Assembly: GCA_050179755.1 (NCBI GenBank) | Contig: JBFXEV010000001.1 | Span: 1,417,994-1,481,993 of the forward strand | Direction: 5' to 3' | DNA: 64,000 nucleotides | Origin: Candidatus Babeliales bacterium | GTDB lineage: Bacteria; Babelota; Babeliae; Babelales; JBFXEV01 | Shown: positions 58,590 to 64,000 of the stretch, piece by piece | Layout of the letters: the number at the start of each line of letters is the position of its first letter | Position numbering within the stretch: the stretch's first letter is position 1 | Notes under the pieces: generated by a model | What the model was told of the DNA's origin: nothing | What the model saw: only the letters and a program-made list of their open reading frames with translations | The model's database searches: none | Made by a program: the position numbers and the translations under genes

Positions 58590-61500
58590 TCACTTTGCGC
58601 CAGTTATGCTTTTTTGGAAAGTAGCCTCTGGCACCACCATATAATACTGAATATTGGCCTTTTGCAATGAATGCGTAATCTTACTAACAGCTTTTATTAT
58701 GTCGTGTGATCGCTGCGGATTAGTTGTTTTACATGCCTGAGCGTCTTCATGAAGGCGGGATACTACCAGACTAATTGCATTACCTATAAAACCACAATAC
58801 GATTTCATATTTTTTACATTAGTTAGAAGCAAAAACAATGGTTCATAATGCTGCAATAAAAGCGGGTAATCACTGCCGTTGATGCAATGCATTGTTGCTA
58901 TCATGAGGCGCCATTCAACCGAATGAGACTGATAAAAATTATGCTGCTTCATACAATCAATTAATTGTTCAAACACTTTATTAGCCTGTTCTCTCTGTTC
59001 AAGTTTTTGCGTCAATAAACAGTCAAGCATAAACTTTATTAAGCGCATACCAAAAGTTTGAACAGTACCAATTGCAATATCTTTGCTAAATTGTTTTGCA
59101 ACAGTAGCTTCTATGCCACGCTCTATATGCTCAAGGGCTTTTAAAACATTAGAATCTTTGCTAATATGCACAAAAGCCATTTCAAGATGTGCAAGTGCAC
59201 TTAACCTACCCCCATCTGCTATCACTCTATCAAATAACTTTATTGCTTCATCATATTTTTTTTGCACCGCTTTCAAACCTCCAAGTGCTTGCATAGCAGC
59301 AATATGGCCATTTTTCGCTTTATGCTCTAAAAACAAAATAAGATCATCTGGATACATATAACCGCCAGCGCAAAGTTGTGATAGCTCTAGATAAAGATCA
59401 TCTGACGCATTATGAGTGCGTTGTATTAGTTCAAATTTATAGGCGATCGCTTTTTTAAAATCACCGTCCTCACGCGCAAAAGAAACTAAACGCTTAAGCG
59501 CACAAGTACTTCTATCTTTTAAGCTTAAAGCAAGTTTTTTTGACCGTTTCCTATCAGGGATTACTTCTTTCCCACATGGCAACGTGCTACCACCATATAA
59601 TCTGAGTAATAATTCTCCTGCAGCGGCTTCTTGCTCGGCAATACCTTCAAGTGCTTTAAGCGCTGCACTGAACATTTGATCGCTCATCTGCGCATTGCAA
59701 TATAATCTATCTTTCCACCAATGATAAATCCCGGTGCTATAACCAGAATCTTTAGCTTTATCGCCATAGCTCATTACAGCAGCTAAGTCCTCATTAGATG
59801 CATCCGCGCCCCCATAGTGCGCAGAACACCAGAGCATCATTATACACGCTGCACGGCCATTATTCGTGGTATCTGCAAGACGCTTAATATACTCAATATG
59901 TTTAGTAATGACATCATAAAAACCGCTTGCTTGTAAATCGCTCAGAGTAAGCTCGTGAAAAGACATACATCTAATAATGGCCTCGAGAGCGTCATTCATC
60001 TCTTTTTTATTTTTGCTCAATAGATTTTTTTCTACAAAATTATCAAGTGCCGGCACACACCCATTGAAGGCTAATATGCGTACCGATTGAAGCGCTAATG
60101 ACCGTAATTTATCACTATTAATACCTGGTATCGTGCCCGCATTAGTATGTTCCAAAGTTGGTTGCAACTCATGAAACACAACTGCCAGCGCTTCTCTGTT
60201 ACCTTGAACGTAAGGAATATATATAGTTTGATCAAACAAAAACAAGGATTCAAAGTTTCTTTCAAATTGTGCAACATGCCGCGCTTGCTCAGGCTCACTT
60301 GTTGCAGCCTCACCACTACACTTAAGAGCCTGTTGCAAATGCCTTCGTTTTGATTCCCTATCAGCTTGAAGAGCTTTATCATGCTCTGCTTCATAACTTA
60401 ACATTTTGCTCAGCAAAAATTGTGCCTGCGCACTACCTTGAGCTGCTGCTGCATCCAGGGTTCGCATCAAAAGCGCATCTTTGCAAATGGCCTGCGCTTT
60501 TTCACTTGCCATATCTTCAAAAACTACATCAATAAGGCAAAGATTCTTCAAAAATTCTTCTGTGGCCAGCGTTGGCTCTTTTACCAGCGTTCTAAAAGTC
60601 ACGCAAGCGCCTTGCTCATTTTGAAATTCACCCCCATTAAGCACGCGCCACTTCTTCATTTCCTCAGTTTCTTCTTCCTTTTTTACTACTTCTGTTGATG
60701 CTACAATGCCCAATGTACGTAATGCAACAACTAGTTCATCATAATGAGTGGCAGCTTCAGTTTTATAATCTGCATCTGCATCAACAAGATCAAGTAAGGG
60801 AAGTACTTGCAATACAAAGGGTAAGCCATGCGATTCTATATTTTCTAAATGCGTAATATCATGTACAAGCAATAAGCAAAGATCCGCGGCGAAAAATAAG
60901 TTATTGCCGCATAAGTGAACTTCAGGTGTTTTACAAAATATTTCAAGTAATTCATACACACCATGTTTGCCATCACTCAATTCAATGGCTTCTTTAAAAC
61001 ACTCAATTGCCTGCGCAGTTGATTCAGGATAACGTGCATGCAAAGTACCTAACGCTCGTAATGCAGACGGTAATTTAACTTTCGCTTTTTGCTTTATAAA
61101 TTCATATATTTCTTCTACTTGAGCAGATGAACAAAGAGGTGAATCTATCAATCGCGCCAATTGCGCACAAGATTCTTCACAGCCTGCTGATACAGCTTCT
61201 TGCAAAAGCGTCACAGCGTTACGCACGTGCATCTCTTCATGTGCGCGATCATTGCTTGCTTTATCAAGTTCTTCTTGCGCAAGAATACGCTTTGTTTCTT
61301 TAAACTCCTTCAATTTTTGCGCAAGATAATAAGCTGTTTTCCTATCTTGACCTAGAGAATAACCACAAGCAAACGTCCTTTCAGAACCATCAAAATAATG
61401 CTGTGCAAGGATAACGCCTGCGTAAGAATCGCCCATGTTATATGCACGTAATAATCTTTTCATATGCGCTTCAAATTCTTGTTTACTCATCGGTTTTAGT

Positions 61501-63998
61501 TTGCGCGGAACATCCACCGCGTTAAGCACTATTGCTCGCATGCAATTGGGGTGATCTAACTGAGCACCTTTTTCTAAAGCTGCCTCGGATTCTTCTTCTC
61601 GATCTTCATATAATAGGTATCTACTTAAATAAAAATACGCGCTTGAAAGCGTTGCTTTACATAATCTCTGTAAATCCGCCAACTCTTTATGTGCGCAAGA
61701 AAGATCATATGCTTGTTGCGCATACTGTACAGCTGTTTGCAAATGTGCTTCTTGCGTATCAGTTTGATCAGAAAGTAATTTGCACGGCGTGAGAACATGC
61801 ACCATATGAATCATACATTTAATAAAAGCAAGTTGTGTTTGTGCCCGTAGTGAATAATCAGCTCCATTCAACGAGAAAATACGAGTAAGAGTCGTAGGCT
61901 CTTTAAATACACTTAAAATACGCTCCCACGTTGCAATTGGTTCAGTATCATAATCAAATTTTAAACATTCAATACAGAGCGTAGTAGTTAAGTGCAGTGC
62001 TCGCTGATACCCTTGAATTGAACTCGAAGAGCTCAGAAACAAACGCGCACCCCAATTAATCGCTCTTATGTCGCCTGCTCCTGTTGCCAAACCCATACCA
62101 TACTCAACAAATCTTATTAAAAGATCTCTTTCTTGCACTGGTAGCGATAGAGATTCAAGCTCTATAAATTTATCAACAGCCTCAGTATATTTTTTTTGGT
62201 CGATAAAACTCAGAATCCCGCGATAAAGCACCAGCGCCTTGCAAAAAGGCTCAGCCTCTTTAATACCGCCTTTAAAAGCTAACATTGCATTTTTGAATGA
62301 CTGTTCCAATAAATCACGTTGCGCCACGGGAATATTTTGTTGCTCTTGGCCTGTATAGGCTAAACGAAACAACAACCTGCTCAAAAGATATTTTGCTTTG
62401 GGATCATTTTGTTGCGTACTTAATTTTGTGAGTGCATCCGATATGCACTGACATTTGTCTTTTTGAGTAAATACATCTGCGGATGCTTCCAAAAATCGAG
62501 TTGCAATTTCGCAACAATACGCTGCAGTTTCTGCGGTTAGCGCATCGCCATCTTTTTTAATACGCTCTTGAACGTTCCATATGCAAGCATCTAATTGGCC
62601 ATCCCGCGCAAGATGTTCCAGCAAGTCTTTTGCTCGCTCACCAATCAAACGCTCCACATAAGATTCCTGCCGATTAGCAACCAGAAGCTCACCGCATTTT
62701 TTGATAACCAATGCCAAATTGCCCTGATGATAACTATCAATAATATCCGCAAAACTACTGATTGCTTGCATCAGTTCTTTTTCTATACACGTTTGCGTAT
62801 TACCCGTTTGCGCACATTTTTTAAGGTCTTCAAAAGCCATTTTGGCATCGGGCGCTAGTAAAAAGCTGGTCATTCGTCGCAGTAATTCAATGCTTGTCAG
62901 ATGCGCCCAAATACAGCAGGCAAGTGTATTATTATTTTTAACCATGCCTGCAACAAGATCTTGAATCCCAAATTCAGCGAACGCATGCTTTACCGCATCT
63001 GTTTCTGAAGCTCGTTGTTCATGGAGAATAGCAACAATAGCTTGCAAACCTTTTGTTCTCTCTCTCTTATCACTATTTTTTAAATCCTGTGCTACCAAAT
63101 AAGCACGCGCTCTTAACGCGCCATTCTGACCAATTCGTTCAAGTACCGCATGAGCAAGTTGTTTTACCTGCACAAGAGAATTATCTTGCGAGCTTTGAGT
63201 AAGTAATCCTAAAAGATTTGTTATTGTTTCTTGATCATAGGTTCTTTTACATGCTTCAACACCCTGCATGTAAACAGAAACGGCTTCAACCAGGGGTCTA
63301 AACTCCGGATGCACGTCAAGAGCCGTAAAATATTTTTGACATCGCTCAAATTGAGCACTTTGACTATCGAGCGTTTTTTCAAGGACTGCTCGCTTGCACG
63401 CTTCTTGAAGCAGGCGATATTGCGCATCAACAGAACCTTCTTGGGCCAACTGTTCCAGTAAAGGCATATAATGTACATCCACAAGCATCGTACGCTCTAA
63501 ATGCGCTAAATCTTTAAAGGAGGGATAATAGGAAACCAGTTTTTGCAAAGCTTGTAATTGATCATAGGCAAGACAATGTTGACCTTCAAGCATAAATCGA
63601 GCAAATGAAGCTGCATGTTCATAAGGGACTTCATGTGGCTTATACAACACCGCACGTTCTGTGGCTTTAAAAAATTCAATTGCTTCTTCTTTATTGCCAT
63701 CTTCCATCGCCAATGCACCAAGCGCATACAGTGATCGCGCATCACGATACAAACTTTTGCGTGTAATGACTTTACCATCTTTAATATCTTGCCGCAGCAA
63801 TGCAACTGGCTTTGCAAGTTCTTCTAATGCACCATTAACATCTTCACCTAAAAATGCAGACTTAAACTTTACTTCATGCAGTGCATCAAGATAACTTGTG
63901 CCGCTATGCATGCCATATTTTGGAAAAGGTCGCTGAACATTAGTAGTAAGTTGTGGCAAAACCCTATAAAACGCATCACGGTGCTGCACCGTAGCGTC
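58590..63998 (-). CDS. Giant (>1800 aa) alpha-helical Sel1/TPR-like repeat protein, 5'-truncated by the window
   Basis: Frame is open to the window edge; Sel1-like units (AAAQGSAQAQFLL, KAKNGHIAAMQALG, AYNMGDSYAGVILAQHY, QDRKTA). Confidence 0.8.
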   Translation of the reverse strand, partial: DATVQHRDAFYRVLPQLTTNVQRPFPKYGMHSGTSYLDALHEVKFKSAFLGEDVNGALEELAKPVALLRQDIKDGKVITRKSLYRDARSLYALGALAMEDGNKEEAIEFFKATERAVLYKPHEVPYEHAASFARFMLEGQHCLAYDQLQALQKLVSYYPSFKDLAHLERTMLVDVHYMPLLEQLAQEGSVDAQYRLLQEACKRAVLEKTLDSQSAQFERCQKYFTALDVHPEFRPLVEAVSVYMQGVEACKRTYDQETITNLLGLLTQSSQDNSLVQVKQLAHAVLERIGQNGALRARAYLVAQDLKNSDKRERTKGLQAIVAILHEQRASETDAVKHAFAEFGIQDLVAGMVKNNNTLACCIWAHLTSIELLRRMTSFLLAPDAKMAFEDLKKCAQTGNTQTCIEKELMQAISSFADIIDSYHQGNLALVIKKCGELLVANRQESYVERLIGERAKDLLEHLARDGQLDACIWNVQERIKKDGDALTAETAAYCCEIATRFLEASADVFTQKDKCQCISDALTKLSTQQNDPKAKYLLSRLLFRLAYTGQEQQNIPVAQRDLLEQSFKNAMLAFKGGIKEAEPFCKALVLYRGILSFIDQKKYTEAVDKFIELESLSLPVQERDLLIRFVEYGMGLATGAGDIRAINWGARLFLSSSSSIQGYQRALHLTTTLCIECLKFDYDTEPIATWERILSVFKEPTTLTRIFSLNGADYSLRAQTQLAFIKCMIHMVHVLTPCKLLSDQTDTQEAHLQTAVQYAQQAYDLSCAHKELADLQRLCKATLSSAYFYLSRYLLYEDREEESEAALEKGAQLDHPNCMRAIVLNAVDVPRKLKPMSKQEFEAHMKRLLRAYNMGDSYAGVILAQHYFDGSERTFACGYSLGQDRKTAYYLAQKLKEFKETKRILAQEELDKASNDRAHEEMHVRNAVTLLQEAVSAGCEESCAQLARLIDSPLCSSAQVEEIYEFIKQKAKVKLPSALRALGTLHARYPESTAQAIECFKEAIELSDGKHGVYELLEIFCKTPEVHLCGNNLFFAADLCLLLVHDITHLENIESHGLPFVLQVLPLLDLVDADADYKTEAATHYDELVVALRTLGIVASTEVVKKEEETEEMKKWRVLNGGEFQNEQGACVTFRTLVKEPTLATEEFLKNLCLIDVVFEDMASEKAQAICKDALLMRTLDAAAAQGSAQAQFLLSKMLSYEAEHDKALQADRESKRRHLQQALKCSGEAATSEPEQARHVAQFERNFESLFLFDQTIYIPYVQGNREALAVVFHELQPTLEHTNAGTIPGINSDKLRSLALQSVRILAFNGCVPALDNFVEKNLLSKNKKEMNDALEAIIRCMSFHELTLSDLQASGFYDVITKHIEYIKRLADTTNNGRAACIMMLWCSAHYGGADASNEDLAAVMSYGDKAKDSGYSTGIYHWWKDRLYCNAQMSDQMFSAALKALEGIAEQEAAAGELLLRLYGGSTLPCGKEVIPDRKRSKKLALSLKDRSTCALKRLVSFAREDGDFKKAIAYKFELIQRTHNASDDLYLELSQLCAGGYMYPDDLILFLEHKAKNGHIAAMQALGGLKAVQKKYDEAIKLFDRVIADGGRLSALAHLEMAFVHISKDSNVLKALEHIERGIEATVAKQFSKDIAIGTVQTFGMRLIKFMLDCLLTQKLEQREQANKVFEQLIDCMKQHNFYQSHSVEWRLMIATMHCINGSDYPLLLQHYEPLFLLLTNVKNMKSYCGFIGNAISLVVSRLHEDAQACKTTNPQRSHDIIKAVSKITHSLQKANIQYYMVVPEATFQKSITGAK

Positions 63999-64000
63999 TG

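Overview
This 64-kb window is mostly housekeeping DNA from an AT-rich bacterium. An NTT-type nucleotide transporter, an ankyrin protein, a giant Sel1/TPR-like protein and many orphan secreted proteins suggest a protist-infecting intracellular lineage such as Dependentiae/TM6 (Babeliae); this is inference. Core genes include cca, dsbD, two tandem hpf/raiA paralogues, der, dnaX, ffs (SRP RNA), tRNA-Ser(GGA), rpsB, lon, cmk, recJ, lysS, sod, ctpA, glmS, rpsI, a dksA-like gene, tadA, gyrB, tilS, mscS, an rluB-like gene, dnaJ, nurA and sufU/iscU, plus an ABC-2 exporter and an LPD/MerA-like oxidoreductase followed by three TVP38/DedA genes. Highlights: (1) an intact tnpB-only IS200/IS605 element whose ends, TAM (TTAT), guide and empty site can be reconstructed by eye; (2) five unrelated orphan proteins whose predicted signal peptides all end just before Met-Asp/Glu, a candidate export or host-mimicry signature; (3) a leader peptide/attenuator in front of a decayed mitochondrial-carrier (SLC25)-like gene fragment; (4) a GC-rich multi-stem RNA candidate in the leader of the nucleotide transporter; (5) two families of dispersed palindromic repeats, one copy apparently supplying the nurA ribosome-binding site. 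All family calls come from motif recognition by eye; no searches were run.
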